Assembly (NCBI GenBank): GCA_964352475.1
Contig: CAYGSL010000008.1
Coordinates: forward strand, 8,191 to 72,190
Origin: an uncultured Pseudomonadales bacterium
GTDB taxonomy: Bacteria; Pseudomonadota; Gammaproteobacteria; Pseudomonadales; JAUIET01
Reading direction: 5' to 3'
DNA length: 64,000 nt
Part shown: positions 53,841-63,960 of the stretch, one piece after another
Layout of the letters: each line of letters opens with the position of its first letter
Position numbering within the stretch: position 1 is the stretch's first letter
Translations under genes and position numbers: made by a program
Notes under the pieces: model-generated
Database searches by the model: none
Told to the model about the DNA's origin: nothing
The model's input: only the letters and a program-made list of their open reading frames with translations

Positions 53841-53976
53841 GACGCCGATCTCCAGAGCTGAGTACCACATGGTAATACTTTATGTGTCGCGCAGTGCAAC
53901 TTCACGATAAAAGGTTTCAATATGATACCTGTTGGACAATACTGCGCACTGAATTCAGGCACTCAGACAAATAAAA

Positions 53977-54336
53977 ATGACCGACGATAATAGAAACAGC
54001 CAAAGTGAAAACACCCATGCCATTCTGCGTTCTGCTATCAGAGACAGTAGAGCCAGCTGCGTGCAGGCCAGAATACGAATTACGCGTATCGATAGAGATA
54101 TAGAGCAGCTTCGCCGCTCGATGCGATGCACACCGGATCAAGCAGAGTCAAACTCGGTCGACATTAAATTGAGACAGAGTCTCAAGCTCAGGGAGCGGGT
54201 GAGCAGGGGCTTGGCCAGCACCGAGGCCCATCTTCTGCAGCTACTGCAAATGGAACAGCAAGCTCAGGACTCTTATCAGCCAGCTTCCAGGAGAACGACT
54301 GGCGAGCGATGGCTGCCGATAAGCACAGAACTCTAA
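53977..54336 (+). CDS. Hypothetical Arg-rich coiled-coil protein (119 aa)
   Basis: ORF divergent from the XRE regulator. No RBS and no motif recognised. Confidence 0.35.
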   Translation: MTDDNRNSQSENTHAILRSAIRDSRASCVQARIRITRIDRDIEQLRRSMRCTPDQAESNSVDIKLRQSLKLRERVSRGLASTEAHLLQLLQMEQQAQDSYQPASRRTTGERWLPISTEL

Positions 54337-54363
54337 GTCATGTTACTAAACGCGATTCCACTT

Positions 54364-54406
54364 AAAAAAACCTCTTTAAGCTATTGTAATTCATCGTAAA
54401 AAGAGG
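54364..54406 (-). terminator. Candidate rho-independent terminator on the minus strand
   Basis: Stem CCTCTTT (54371..54377) / AAAGAGG (54400..54406), with an A7 run at 54364..54370 (T7 after the hairpin on the minus strand). The loop is long (22 nt), so confidence is modest. Confidence 0.35.
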
Positions 54407-54705
54407 CTAAATCTGGCTTGCAATAGCCATTTAGTCGATTTTTTACGAGGATGAACGGTTCATATTCAGCAGCCAGAGGTTTTAGCGCCTAATTTTGGCT
54501 GGTATACTGCTTAAAAAATACGCATAATAAGTTCTGTGAGCAGTCACCGACATTTGAACCGCAGTACAACGTCTGCCAGGTAGCTAATGGTGGGCGCAAT
54601 TGATTGTGGGATAAGATCATGATGGAAGTGTTGGCCTATTTAGAGGTCGCGTTCTTTGTAGGTTCAGTGATTTACGTCGCGTGGTACTGGTAATCGTCGC
54701 CAACC

Positions 54706-55488
54706 TCAGTGCTTGCTCAGCACAGCCAGGTAAGCTGTTGCGCAGGCTTCCCAGCCTTCCAGCAATGCATCTATCGTAAACGCATGCCCAATTGAAACTT
54801 CCTGTAAGCCAGGAAGCAGCCGGAATTCAGTCAAGTTCTCAAGATTTAAATCGTGACCCGCGTTCACACCCAAACCGCAGTTGATCGCGCATTCCGCTGC
54901 AATGCAGTAGCGTTCAAATTCTTCATTATTCGTACCGTGTTTTGCAAACGCGACGGCGTATGGACCTGTGTAAAGCTCTATACGATCCGCCGCTAATTCT
55001 GCCGCTCGTTTTATTTGCTCTGTATCAGGGTCCATGAACAAACTAACCCGGCTACCGGCGTTCTTGCAGCGCGCAATATGCTGCTCCAGCTCTCGATTAT
55101 CGCCACTTAGATCAAAGCCGTGGTCAGATGTGAGCTGATGCTGAGCATCGGGTACCAGCGTGCATTGCGCTGGATGTACAGATTCAACTAATTCAAGAAA
55201 ACCGGGGTAAGCTGTGACATCCGGTCTGTCGCTGGCTTGCAGACCGGCGCAAGGATTGCCCTCTATATTGAACTCGATATTGTCATGATCTGCGCACAAC
55301 GCTGCCAGCGGCGCGATATCGCTTGCGCGAATATGGCGTTGATCCGGTCGCGGGTGCACGGTGATGCCATGCACACCAGCGTCAATGCTGCGGCGTGCGA
55401 AGTCAACAACGCTGGGGCTGTCGCCTGCTCGGGAGTTTCTGATTAAGGCGATTTTGTTTAGATTAACGCTGAGTGCAATTGCCGCCAT
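54706..55488 (-). CDS. pdxJ: Pyridoxine 5'-phosphate synthase
   Basis: LSVNLNKIALIRNSR, GITVHPRPDQRHI, GHDLNLENL and EVSIGHAF. The start is ATG 55488 or GTG 55500. Confidence 0.9.
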   Translation of the reverse strand: MAAIALSVNLNKIALIRNSRAGDSPSVVDFARRSIDAGVHGITVHPRPDQRHIRASDIAPLAALCADHDNIEFNIEGNPCAGLQASDRPDVTAYPGFLELVESVHPAQCTLVPDAQHQLTSDHGFDLSGDNRELEQHIARCKNAGSRVSLFMDPDTEQIKRAAELAADRIELYTGPYAVAFAKHGTNNEEFERYCIAAECAINCGLGVNAGHDLNLENLTEFRLLPGLQEVSIGHAFTIDALLEGWEACATAYLAVLSKH

Positions 55489-55496
55489 AGGAAGAG

Positions 55497-56138
55497 TCAC
55501 GGAATTCGACTGATGCTCTCAATGATTATGGCTTGTTTTGGTACATCGTCGTACTCAGCTTCATCGTTTAGAAACAGACCGGTTCGCTGGATTGATATCG
55601 TATCTACAACATCCAGCCCTTGCGTGACTTTGCCAAACACAGCATAACCAAGCTCGCCCATTCGGTAATTCAAGCTGAAGTTCATACGCACGTTTATGAA
55701 AAACTGCGCTGTCGCGCTGTGAGGGTCTGAGGTTCTGGCCATTGCCAGCGTGCCTCTATCATTGCGCAATCGGTTTTTAGATTCGTTTTGAATGGGCTCG
55801 CGCGTTTCTCTTTCGATCATATCCGGCGAGAACCCGCCACCTTGAATCATGAATCGCGGAATCACCCGATGAAAAATAGTGCCGTTGTAATGGCCGGCGT
55901 CTACGTATTTTAGAAAATTCTCTACGGTAGTCGGCGCGCGCTGGTCGTACAACTCTGCTTTGATATCACCGTGATTGGTTTTGATCAGTATTTTTGTATT
56001 AACGCTTGCTGACTCTTCATTACTGGCAGCAGCCTGCACGCAGAATAAGCTGACAAGCAGGGCGGCAAACGCAAACCTTGTGACCGCGCAAGCCTTGTTT
56101 AGATGCCCTTGTGTTTTCGCAAAGTACGAGCGGATCAT
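55497..56138 (-). CDS. ppiA: Periplasmic cyclophilin-type peptidyl-prolyl cis-trans isomerase
   Basis: Signal peptide present. FHRVIPRFMIQGGGF and SATAQFFIN. ATG 56138 overlaps the upstream stop (ATGA). Confidence 0.9.
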   Translation of the reverse strand: MIRSYFAKTQGHLNKACAVTRFAFAALLVSLFCVQAAASNEESASVNTKILIKTNHGDIKAELYDQRAPTTVENFLKYVDAGHYNGTIFHRVIPRFMIQGGGFSPDMIERETREPIQNESKNRLRNDRGTLAMARTSDPHSATAQFFINVRMNFSLNYRMGELGYAVFGKVTQGLDVVDTISIQRTGLFLNDEAEYDDVPKQAIIIESISRIP

Positions 56139-56812
56139 GCCCACTCATTCCCTTTCTTTTTAGGCACCAGGCGCGGTATTACCAGCGCCAATACAACACC
56201 TAGCACGACGGCACCGGCACCATTCACAAACCACTCCTGATTAGAGCGTTGTTTGAGGCGTTGATTATCGGCTTTAAGAACATCGATGCTGTTTTTGTGC
56301 GCCTCATTTTCCTTTAACAGCGATTTGTTCTTCTGGCTGGTGGCTATGTGGTTTTTTGAGATAGCTTCAATTTCGGTTAGCCGCTGGCTGACACTTTCTT
56401 TGTCGCCACTGAGACGGCTTACGGTTTGCTCCAGTTCCTTGTTTTTATTGCGAAGCGCCAGAAGCTGTTGCTGCAGTGGTTGGCTTTTGGAGGTAAGTGC
56501 TTCTATGGTTTTTTGCGCTTCAGCCAAACGATCTGCCGCGATGGGAATTGCGCTCAGATACTGCGACGGAATATAACCATCACGCCCATCGGCGAGTCGC
56601 ACATGCACGAAGCCTTCTTCTTCAAAGCGCTCAATAACTTCAAGGCGGGTGCCACTGACCAGCCCTTTATGCATTATTGTGTGCCGGGAAGATGGGCCTG
56701 TGCGCAGCGGTACATATAACTTGTCATCAACCCAGCCAGCTTCAGCCGAGGCCAGACTGCTAAATCGAAGCAGAGCGCACGTTACCAGCGTACTCAATAC
56801 TAATCGCTTCAT
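56135..56812 (-). CDS. SH3 domain protein with coiled coil and C-terminal TM anchor (YgiM/TIGR04211-like)
   Basis: Signal peptide present. LYVPLRTGPSSRHTIMHKGLVSG..VHVRLADGRDGYIPSQYL. Q/L/E-rich coiled coil, then C-terminal GAGAVVLGVVLALVIPRL. Confidence 0.8.
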   Translation of the reverse strand: MKRLVLSTLVTCALLRFSSLASAEAGWVDDKLYVPLRTGPSSRHTIMHKGLVSGTRLEVIERFEEEGFVHVRLADGRDGYIPSQYLSAIPIAADRLAEAQKTIEALTSKSQPLQQQLLALRNKNKELEQTVSRLSGDKESVSQRLTEIEAISKNHIATSQKNKSLLKENEAHKNSIDVLKADNQRLKQRSNQEWFVNGAGAVVLGVVLALVIPRLVPKKKGNEWA

Positions 56813-56963
56813 CGAGATATTCCTTGTTTCAAAGGCGCAAAAAATTTTACGGGCGCAAGATAGCCCAACTTGCTCAGTACTTTAATGTAAAGCAGTGAGA
56901 AAGGCTGTCAAATTGTGCACACGAGGGTTGAGGCGTAGGCAGGAAAAATACCAAAAATACCGA

Positions 56964-57566
56964 CTATGAGCTTTGTTCGCCGGCGTCGCTATCGTCCGAT
57001 TCGCTTATATGGGGAGCAATTAGCACGGCCGTAATGATCGTTAACAGCAGGGTAAAACCAATTGCGCTATAAAGCTTGTAGCTTACCCACGTTGCCTCGC
57101 TGAACCGATAAGCGACAAAGATATTAAGAGCGCCGACAATAATGAAATTCGCTGTCCACAACACGTTTAATCGTAACCATATTTGGGCCGGCAGTGCGAT
57201 CTGGCCACCAAGGCCGCGCTCGAGCAGGGTTTTCTTACCCAGCAGCGGAGCGCCAATGAACAAGGCGGCCAACACCCAGTTGAATACAGTTGGCTTCCAC
57301 TGAATAAATGCTTCGCTGCGAAAGAACAAGGTCGCCGAGCCAAAAACGGCAACTGCTGCAAACAGTATCCAAAGCCGCTTTTCTATATGGCCGGTCAGCA
57401 AACGTGTAAGAATTAACTGCAGCGCAGTGGCCGCAATCAGAATAGCTGTGGCCGAGTAGATGCCATCAAAGGTGTACTCAACCCCGGCCAGCCCGATTGT
57501 CTGGCCGTCCATCTGATAGCTTAGAAAAAAGAGAACGATGGGTACAAGTTCGGCGAACTGCTTCAT
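56964..57566 (-). CDS. yciB: Inner-membrane septation protein A (YciB/IspZ)
   Basis: MKQFAELVPIVLFFLSYQM N-terminus, five TM segments and WKPTVFNWV. Confidence 0.85.
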   Translation of the reverse strand: MKQFAELVPIVLFFLSYQMDGQTIGLAGVEYTFDGIYSATAILIAATALQLILTRLLTGHIEKRLWILFAAVAVFGSATLFFRSEAFIQWKPTVFNWVLAALFIGAPLLGKKTLLERGLGGQIALPAQIWLRLNVLWTANFIIVGALNIFVAYRFSEATWVSYKLYSAIGFTLLLTIITAVLIAPHISESDDSDAGEQSS

Positions 57567-57743
57567 GGTTTGGAATTAACCTTGGTGATATAAATTCTGT
57601 TGCGAGGTGAACAGTACGGAGCTTCTGCCGCTATAATGCGCCGCGACCCGCCTGCGAGAAGATAAAGCCTGCAGGGCCTTTCACCTCTTCTTTCACCCTT
57701 TCGAGCAGCGGAAAGTGTAGCTTACTATGCCAGATTAAAGCGC

Positions 57744-58592
57744 GTGAAATTCGACTTACATTTACACACTACCGCGTCAGACGGCAGTTTGACACCAGCT
57801 GCCTTGCTTGACAGGGCGCAGAGTTGTGGCATTGATGTACTGGCCATCACCGACCATGACACCATAGCCGGCGTGCTTGAGGCGCAGCGTTACGCCGATT
57901 CAAATCCCGCAACACCTATTCTGGTGACCGGCGTCGAATTCAGTTGCCGTTGGGTGAATTTGCCGGTGCATGTGGTCGGCTTGAATATGCAGATCGAGGA
58001 CGCAGGTTTCCTGCGGTTTGTTGAGAATCAGCAGAGCTTACGGGCGGAGCGAAACGAGGCCATTTTAAAACGTCTGGAAAAAATGGGTGTCAGCGGTATT
58101 CGCGACGCACTTGGTTTAACACAGTCATCCCGACTCGCCCGGCTCGGTCGCCCGCAGATTGCCGACGCACTGGTGGCGCTGGGAAGGGTTTCTGATCGAC
58201 AACGTGCATTCAAGCAATATCTTGCTAACGGCAAGTCAGCTTCCGTTGCTATAAGTTGGCCATCATTGGCTGACGTGGTAGACGCAATAAATGCATCAGG
58301 CGGCGACGCAGTACTGGCGCACCCTTTGCATTATCGACTCACCGGCAGCAAGCTGCAGGCCTTGTTGCAAGCCATGCTTGACTGTGGCGGGGCCGGGTTT
58401 GAGGTGGTTGGCAGCGGCCAAAATACTGAGCAACGAGGGCAGTTGGCCAGGCTTGCCCGCAAGCTTGGTGCGCGCTGCAGTATTGGCAGCGATTTTCATA
58501 CGGATGATGCGCCATGGCAGGCCATGGGTAAGCTGCCAGATATACCGGAAGGTTGTAAGCCGGTGTGGCAAGACTGGAACTTGGCGCAATGA
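57744..58592 (+). CDS. trpH: PHP-domain phosphoesterase TrpH/YciV (RNase AM-like)
   Basis: GTG start. KFDLHLHTTASDGSLTP, LAITDHDT and AHP. Confidence 0.85.
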   Translation: MKFDLHLHTTASDGSLTPAALLDRAQSCGIDVLAITDHDTIAGVLEAQRYADSNPATPILVTGVEFSCRWVNLPVHVVGLNMQIEDAGFLRFVENQQSLRAERNEAILKRLEKMGVSGIRDALGLTQSSRLARLGRPQIADALVALGRVSDRQRAFKQYLANGKSASVAISWPSLADVVDAINASGGDAVLAHPLHYRLTGSKLQALLQAMLDCGGAGFEVVGSGQNTEQRGQLARLARKLGARCSIGSDFHTDDAPWQAMGKLPDIPEGCKPVWQDWNLAQ

Positions 58593-59212
58593 GCCAGTTT
58601 CTGCAGATTCATCCTGACGATCCGCAAGACCGTCTTATTCGAACCGCCGCCAATATCGTTCGTGAAGGTGGTGTCATCGCCTACCCGACAGATTCAGCCT
58701 ATGCCCTGGGTTGCCACATTGGCGATAAATCGGCATTGGCGCGGATTCGCGCACTACGGCAACTGGATAAACATCATAACTTTACGCTGATGGTCCGGGA
58801 TTTATCTGAGCTGGCCGTCTACGCCAAGGTAGAGAACAGTGTATTTCGAACACTCAAGTATTTGACGCCTGGCGCCTACACTTTTGTACTGCCAGCTACC
58901 AGGGAGGTGCCCAGGCGTTTGATGCATGCCAAGCGCAAAACCATAGGCTTAAGAGTTCCGGATAATGCAGTTGCGCAAGCGCTTCTCGCCGAATTGGCGG
59001 AGCCTTTGATGAGCGTAACGCTGATTATGCCCGGTGACGATGAGCCGCTGATAGATCCCTATGAAATTCGTGATTTGATAGGTAATCAGGTCGATCTGGT
59101 GATTGACGGTGGTTATTGTGGAATGGAGCCGACCACGGTTGTGGCCTTTGAAGCGGACGGTGCGCGATTGATTCGACAGGGTAAAGGCGACAGTTCTGTA
59201 TTTGGCGGCTAA
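58589..59212 (+). CDS. yciO: Sua5/YciO/YrdC-family threonylcarbamoyl-AMP synthase-like protein (YciO type)
   Basis: ATGA overlap with trpH. GGVIAYPTDSAYALGC and TFVLP. Confidence 0.85.
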   Translation: MSQFLQIHPDDPQDRLIRTAANIVREGGVIAYPTDSAYALGCHIGDKSALARIRALRQLDKHHNFTLMVRDLSELAVYAKVENSVFRTLKYLTPGAYTFVLPATREVPRRLMHAKRKTIGLRVPDNAVAQALLAELAEPLMSVTLIMPGDDEPLIDPYEIRDLIGNQVDLVIDGGYCGMEPTTVVAFEADGARLIRQGKGDSSVFGG

Positions 59213-59256
59213 AACCTGATGATTTTTTTGCCCTGCAGCCCGCCCGGCAATATCTT

Positions 59257-60153
59257 ATGTCCGGGGCAGCAAGTATAATTGCCGCCAGCAGCCCCTTGCC
59301 TGGTGAAAAAGTGAGCGAAACGGCCATTAGCAACCTCCCTGAACAACCCGATTCTGACTCTGGTGAGCCTGTGCAGCAGGAAATGCCGTTTGCAGTTGTG
59401 AATGGCCAGGCCATCACCGAGATTCCGCACGATCTGTACATTCCGCCGCAAGCGCTGGCGATTATCCTGGAGACGTTTGAAGGCCCTCTGGATCTGCTTT
59501 TGTATCTTATAAAACGTCAGAATCTGAATATTTTGGAGCTGGATGTGCTGGATGTTACCAGCCAGTATATGACCTACGTTGAGATGATGGACGCGATTAA
59601 GTTTGAGCTGGCGGCTGAGTACCTGGTCATGGCGGCCATGCTGGCACAAATCAAGTCTCGACTCTTGTTGCCCCGAATCACTAATGAAGAGGGCGAAGAA
59701 GAAGACCCGCGCGCTGAGCTGGTGCGGCGCCTGCAGGAGTATGAACGCTTTAAGGAAGCGGCTGAAAACATTGATCAGCTGCCCAGAGAAGGTCGCGATT
59801 TTGTGGTGGTTGGTGCAGAAGCGCCAGAATACGAAATAGATCGCCCACAACCTAATGTGGAAATGAAGGAATTGATGCTAGCTATGGCCGAAGTGCTGCG
59901 CCGCGCTGAAATGTATGAGCACCACCATGTTATCTTGGAGCCCTTGTCTACACGCGAGAAGATGACCTTGTTGCTTGAACGAGTTGGTGACCAGCAATTT
60001 GTTAGCTTCGCGTCGGTATTTGTGATCGAAGAGGGTCGGCTAGGCGTGGTAGTGACCTTTCTCGCCATGATGGAGTTATTGAAAGAAAAGTTGATCGACA
60101 TTGTGCAATCTGAAGCCTTTGGTCCGATTCATATCAGTGCAAAGGTCGCGTAA
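59257..60153 (+). CDS. scpA: Segregation and condensation protein A (start may instead be ATG 59383)
   Basis: FEGPLDLLLYLIKRQNLNILELDVLDVTSQY. Confidence 0.85.
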   Translation: MSGAASIIAASSPLPGEKVSETAISNLPEQPDSDSGEPVQQEMPFAVVNGQAITEIPHDLYIPPQALAIILETFEGPLDLLLYLIKRQNLNILELDVLDVTSQYMTYVEMMDAIKFELAAEYLVMAAMLAQIKSRLLLPRITNEEGEEEDPRAELVRRLQEYERFKEAAENIDQLPREGRDFVVVGAEAPEYEIDRPQPNVEMKELMLAMAEVLRRAEMYEHHHVILEPLSTREKMTLLLERVGDQQFVSFASVFVIEEGRLGVVVTFLAMMELLKEKLIDIVQSEAFGPIHISAKVA

Positions 60154-60962
60154 TGGAAATTTCTGAACTTAAAGCAATTATCGAGGCGTCATTGCTTGCT
60201 GCTGGCCGGCCCCTGAGTGTGCGTGAGCTGGGTAATTTGTTTGATCCTATGGGTCGACCCGACAATGCCCAGTTGCGAACTGCTTTGCAGGAACTCGGTG
60301 AAGACTGCGAAGGCAGAGCCTACGAATTGAAAGAAGTGGGCAGTGGTTTTCGTTTTCAGGTGAAAAGCCGTTATGGCACATGGGTGAGCAGGCTATGGGA
60401 AGAGAAGCCGCCACGCTACTCGCGTGCCTTGCTGGAGACCTTGGCGCTGATCGCATACAAGCAACCGATAACCCGCGGTGAAGTAGAAGAGGTGCGTGGT
60501 GTTGCGGTGAGCACGAATATTATTCGCACCTTGCTTGAGCGCAACTGGGTCCGTGTAGTTGGCCACAGAGACGTACCGGGCAAGCCTGCTTTGTACTCTA
60601 CCAGCAGAGAATTCCTGGATTATTTTAATCTTAAAAACCTCAACGAATTGCCAAACCTTGCCGACATTAAAGAGATCGCCCAGCTCAATCCGGAATTAGA
60701 GCTGGAAGAGCCGGTAGAAGGTCGAAGTATCGAAATGCCGGTTGAGGATTCCGAATCTGCCAATGATGATCAAGCCGCCGAGCACCTCTCTGAAGAAGAT
60801 ATGGCTGTGATTGTGTCAGAAGCCATCGCAGAAGCGGGCGATACCAACGCCATTGTAGAGCAAGTTGAAGCGGTGGTTAATCCAGTTCAGGCCGAAGATG
60901 GTGTTGATGAGGGGCTTGATGATATCGACCCTGATGCAGACTTCAGTTCGCTGCCAAACTGA
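60153..60962 (+). CDS. scpB: Segregation and condensation protein B, with an acidic C-terminal tail
   Basis: IEASLLAAGRPLSV, LSRALLETLALIAYKQPITRGEVEEVRGV and PGKPALYSTSREFLDYF. TAATG coupling to scpA. Confidence 0.9.
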   Translation: MEISELKAIIEASLLAAGRPLSVRELGNLFDPMGRPDNAQLRTALQELGEDCEGRAYELKEVGSGFRFQVKSRYGTWVSRLWEEKPPRYSRALLETLALIAYKQPITRGEVEEVRGVAVSTNIIRTLLERNWVRVVGHRDVPGKPALYSTSREFLDYFNLKNLNELPNLADIKEIAQLNPELELEEPVEGRSIEMPVEDSESANDDQAAEHLSEEDMAVIVSEAIAEAGDTNAIVEQVEAVVNPVQAEDGVDEGLDDIDPDADFSSLPN

Positions 60963-60974
60963 CGCCCACGCATA

Positions 60975-61799
60975 ATGGATGAAAAACTGCAAAAAGTTCT
61001 TGCACGGCGAGGGCTGGGGTCCAGGCGTGAAATGGAGCGCTGGATAGATGCCGGGCGCGTTCGGGTCAATGGCAAGACCGCCAAACTCGGTGATCGCGTT
61101 AGTGACAAAGATACCGTTCAGCTTGATGGTAGAACACTCAAGGCAACAGCGGAAAGTGCAATTCCCCGAGTGTTGCTGTACCACAAGCCTCTTGGCGAAG
61201 TCTGTTCACGCAAAGACGACGAGGGCAGGCCAACAGTTTATGACCGACTGCCACGCTTAACGAATCAGCGATGGATAAGCGTGGGCCGCCTGGACGTCAA
61301 TACAACCGGCTTGCTGCTGTTCACCACAGATGGCGAGCTGGCAAATGCGCTGATGCATCCTTCTTCAAAAATCGATCGCGAGTACCTCGTGCGGGTCAAC
61401 GGAGAGGTGGACGATTCTGCCATCCAAAATTTACTATGCGGTGTTGAACTCGATGATGGCCCGGCGCGATTTACAGATATTCAGGAAGGGCGTGGCCGAG
61501 GTGATGGCAGTAATCGTTGGTTTTACGTAGCCCTGATGGAAGGCAGAAATCGCGAAGTGCGACGTTTGTGGGAATCGCAGGGAGCAAAAGTGAGTCGCTT
61601 AAAGCGCGTGCGTTTCGGCAATGTAGTGATACCTTCTTCTGTCAAAGCAGGACAATCAAAAGAGTTTAGCGAGGTGGATATTCGTGAACTTTACGATCGT
61701 GTGCGATTACCGGTTCCAGCGGCAATCAGAGCTAAGCCAACAAAAGCCAGTCGTCAACGAAGCAAATCAAATAAGACTGTCGGCAGGCAGAAGCGGTGA
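60975..61799 (+). CDS. rluB: 23S rRNA pseudouridine synthase B (RsuA/RluB family with S4 domain)
   Basis: KLQKVLARRGLGSRREMERWIDAGRVRVNGK, VGRLDVNTTGLLLFTTDGELA and REY. Basic C-terminal tail. Confidence 0.9.
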   Translation: MDEKLQKVLARRGLGSRREMERWIDAGRVRVNGKTAKLGDRVSDKDTVQLDGRTLKATAESAIPRVLLYHKPLGEVCSRKDDEGRPTVYDRLPRLTNQRWISVGRLDVNTTGLLLFTTDGELANALMHPSSKIDREYLVRVNGEVDDSAIQNLLCGVELDDGPARFTDIQEGRGRGDGSNRWFYVALMEGRNREVRRLWESQGAKVSRLKRVRFGNVVIPSSVKAGQSKEFSEVDIRELYDRVRLPVPAAIRAKPTKASRQRSKSNKTVGRQKR

Positions 61800-61810
61800 C
61801 GCTGAATTGA

Positions 61811-62566
61811 CTATCGGATTTGAGCGCTGAGTGCCTGACCATTCACCGCGGCACTGTCATCACTCATTAGATATAAGTACACAGGCATTATTTCTTCGGG
61901 CGAGGGATTGTTTTCTGGCGACTCTCCCGGATACGCCGACTGCCGCATTGCGGTGCGCGTGCCTCCAGGGTTGACACTGTTAACTCTTATGTTTGATGTA
62001 TTTTGCATCTCGTCTGCGAGCACCTGCATCAAGCCTTCGGTGGCAAACTTCGATACGGCGTAAGCGCCCCAATAAGCGCGACCCTGACGTCCGACGCCAG
62101 ACGAAGTAAACACAATGGAGGCGGAGCTAGCGGCTCTCAGCAAGGGCAATAAGGCCTGAGTCATTAGCATTGCACTGTTAACATTTACCTGCAGCACGTC
62201 GCGCCAGACATTGAATGTTTGTTGCTCAATGGGTTTGCGCTCACCCAGTAGTGATGCGTTATGCAGCACCCCATCCAGCTGTCCAAACTCTTTGTCGATA
62301 CTGTTCGCAAACTCTATATAGGCTTCCAGATCTTCACTTTTAAGGTCGAAGGTAATCAGCGCCGGCTCAGGGCAGCCGGCTGCGATCATCGCGTCATAGG
62401 TTTGCTCCAAAGGCTCGGCTCGACTGCCCGTAAGAACAACTGTCGCGCCGTGCTGAGCGTATGCCATAGCCGCTGCCTTGCCAATACCGCCGCCAGCGCC
62501 GGTAACAAGAATGGTTTTCCCTGTCAGTGCATTTACAGCAGCGGTGTAATCGAACATCTGACTCAT
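61811..62566 (-). CDS. yciK: YciK-type short-chain dehydrogenase/reductase
   Basis: ILVTGAGGGIGKAAA and YAVSKFATEGLMQ. Sits downstream of ubiG and a HAD phosphatase gene, as in pseudomonads. Confidence 0.85.
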   Translation of the reverse strand: MSQMFDYTAAVNALTGKTILVTGAGGGIGKAAAMAYAQHGATVVLTGSRAEPLEQTYDAMIAAGCPEPALITFDLKSEDLEAYIEFANSIDKEFGQLDGVLHNASLLGERKPIEQQTFNVWRDVLQVNVNSAMLMTQALLPLLRAASSASIVFTSSGVGRQGRAYWGAYAVSKFATEGLMQVLADEMQNTSNIRVNSVNPGGTRTAMRQSAYPGESPENNPSPEEIMPVYLYLMSDDSAAVNGQALSAQIR

Positions 62567-63234
62567 AACAGGTACAAATCTCTAATAATGGTCTGTAATT
62601 CATGCCCATGGTCTACGATGTGATCTGCACTCCAGGCTTCGGCTTCAGCACGATCACATACGTAGCCGTAAGCAGCAGCAATGGTTTTCATTCCTGCGTT
62701 TCTGCCCGCGTCAATGTCGCGCTCATGGTCGCCCACGTAGAGACAACTTGCAGGGTGCGCGCCCACTTCTTTTGCCGCCAGATACAGCGGCTCCGGGTGG
62801 GGTTTGGTGTGAACAACATCGTCCGGGCACACCAACACCGCGTATTCCGGTTGAATGTTCATCCTTTGCATCAGTGGTGCCGCGAATCGCCTTGGTTTGT
62901 TTGTGACAACACCCCAGGGCAGGGCAAATTGATGCAAGGTGTGAAGTGTATCCTGCAGGCCCTCAAAAAGACGTGTTTGCTGGCCCAGAACCTGTTCATA
63001 AATGTCCAGCAATTCATTCCGAAGCGGTTCAAACTCGGGGCTGTCTTCGTCGCAGGAGAATGCAAGTTTAACCAGGGCTCTGGCACCATCCGACACAGTG
63101 TTTCTGATAGTGGTCGCGTCTGGCGGAGTCACGTTATGTCGTTCGCAGAGCATTTCAAGCGTGAGCACAAAATCGTTGGCAGTATCCAGCAGGGTGCCAT
63201 CAAGATCAAAGAATACGGCTGCCTTAGCACCCAT
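62563..63234 (-). CDS. HAD-family phosphatase (phosphoglycolate phosphatase / MupP-like)
   Basis: AVFFDLDGTLLDT, VVTNKP and YVGDHERDIDAG. Its start directly abuts the ubiG stop. Confidence 0.85.
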   Translation of the reverse strand: MGAKAAVFFDLDGTLLDTANDFVLTLEMLCERHNVTPPDATTIRNTVSDGARALVKLAFSCDEDSPEFEPLRNELLDIYEQVLGQQTRLFEGLQDTLHTLHQFALPWGVVTNKPRRFAAPLMQRMNIQPEYAVLVCPDDVVHTKPHPEPLYLAAKEVGAHPASCLYVGDHERDIDAGRNAGMKTIAAAYGYVCDRAEAEAWSADHIVDHGHELQTIIRDLYLL

Positions 63235-63960
63235 TCAGCTGGCTGCTTTCAGATGCATCAGGTAATTTACATCCACGTCGCGTCCTAGAGAGTATGTTTT
63301 GCTGATCGGGTTGTAGCTCATTCCGGTTATGTCTTTCACCGCAAGACCGGACTGTCTGGACCAGGAGGTCAGCTCAGACGGTTTGATGAATTTACGATAA
63401 TCGTGTGTGCCTTTTTTAAGCAATTGCAGAACATACTCTGCGCCCACAACCGCAAACAGCCAGGCTTTCGGGTTGCGGTTAATCGTAGACAAAAACAAGT
63501 CGCCGTCCGGTTTCAGCAATTGACTACAGGCATTAACGACTGACGCCGGGTCAGGAACGTGCTCAAGCATTTCCAAACACGTCACCAGATCGTAAAGACC
63601 TGCTTCTTGCTCCGCTAGCTGCTCGGCGGTGCACTTTTGATAGTCCACGTCCAGGCCGGACTCCAGCAAGTGCAGACGCGCCACATTTAATGATGCTTCG
63701 GCCATATCAATCGCTTTTACCTGTGCACCTTCTCGCGCTAGCGCTTCGGCAAGTATTCCGCCTCCACAACCAATATCAACTACTTTAAGCCCCTGAAGCG
63801 GCCTTCGACTGCTGATGTAATCCATTCGAAGTGGATTGATTTCATGCAATGGTTTGAATTCGCTGCTGGTGTCCCACCAACGGCTGGCCAGTTGCTCAAA
63901 CTTGTGCAACTCGGCCTGTTCGAGATTCAGTTCCGCTGTGGGGTCATTTGATTTGCTCAT
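63235..63960 (-). CDS. ubiG: Bifunctional 3-demethylubiquinone / 2-polyprenyl-6-hydroxyphenol O-methyltransferase
   Basis: [33 protein letters not shown] and SAM motif [13 protein letters not shown]. Confidence 0.9.
   Translation of the reverse strand: MSKSNDPTAELNLEQAELHKFEQLASRWWDTSSEFKPLHEINPLRMDYISSRRPLQGLKVVDIGCGGGILAEALAREGAQVKAIDMAEASLNVARLHLLESGLDVDYQKCTAEQLAEQEAGLYDLVTCLEMLEHVPDPASVVNACSQLLKPDGDLFLSTINRNPKAWLFAVVGAEYVLQLLKKGTHDYRKFIKPSELTSWSRQSGLAVKDITGMSYNPISKTYSLGRDVDVNYLMHLKAAS

Noticed and set aside
54618-54776. Small ORF beginning ATGATGGAAGTG.. that first looked like a 24-aa hydrophobic peptide
   Set aside because: Recounting across the line break showed the frame continues for about 52 codons into the antisense strand of pdxJ. 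There is no RBS, so it is likely non-coding.
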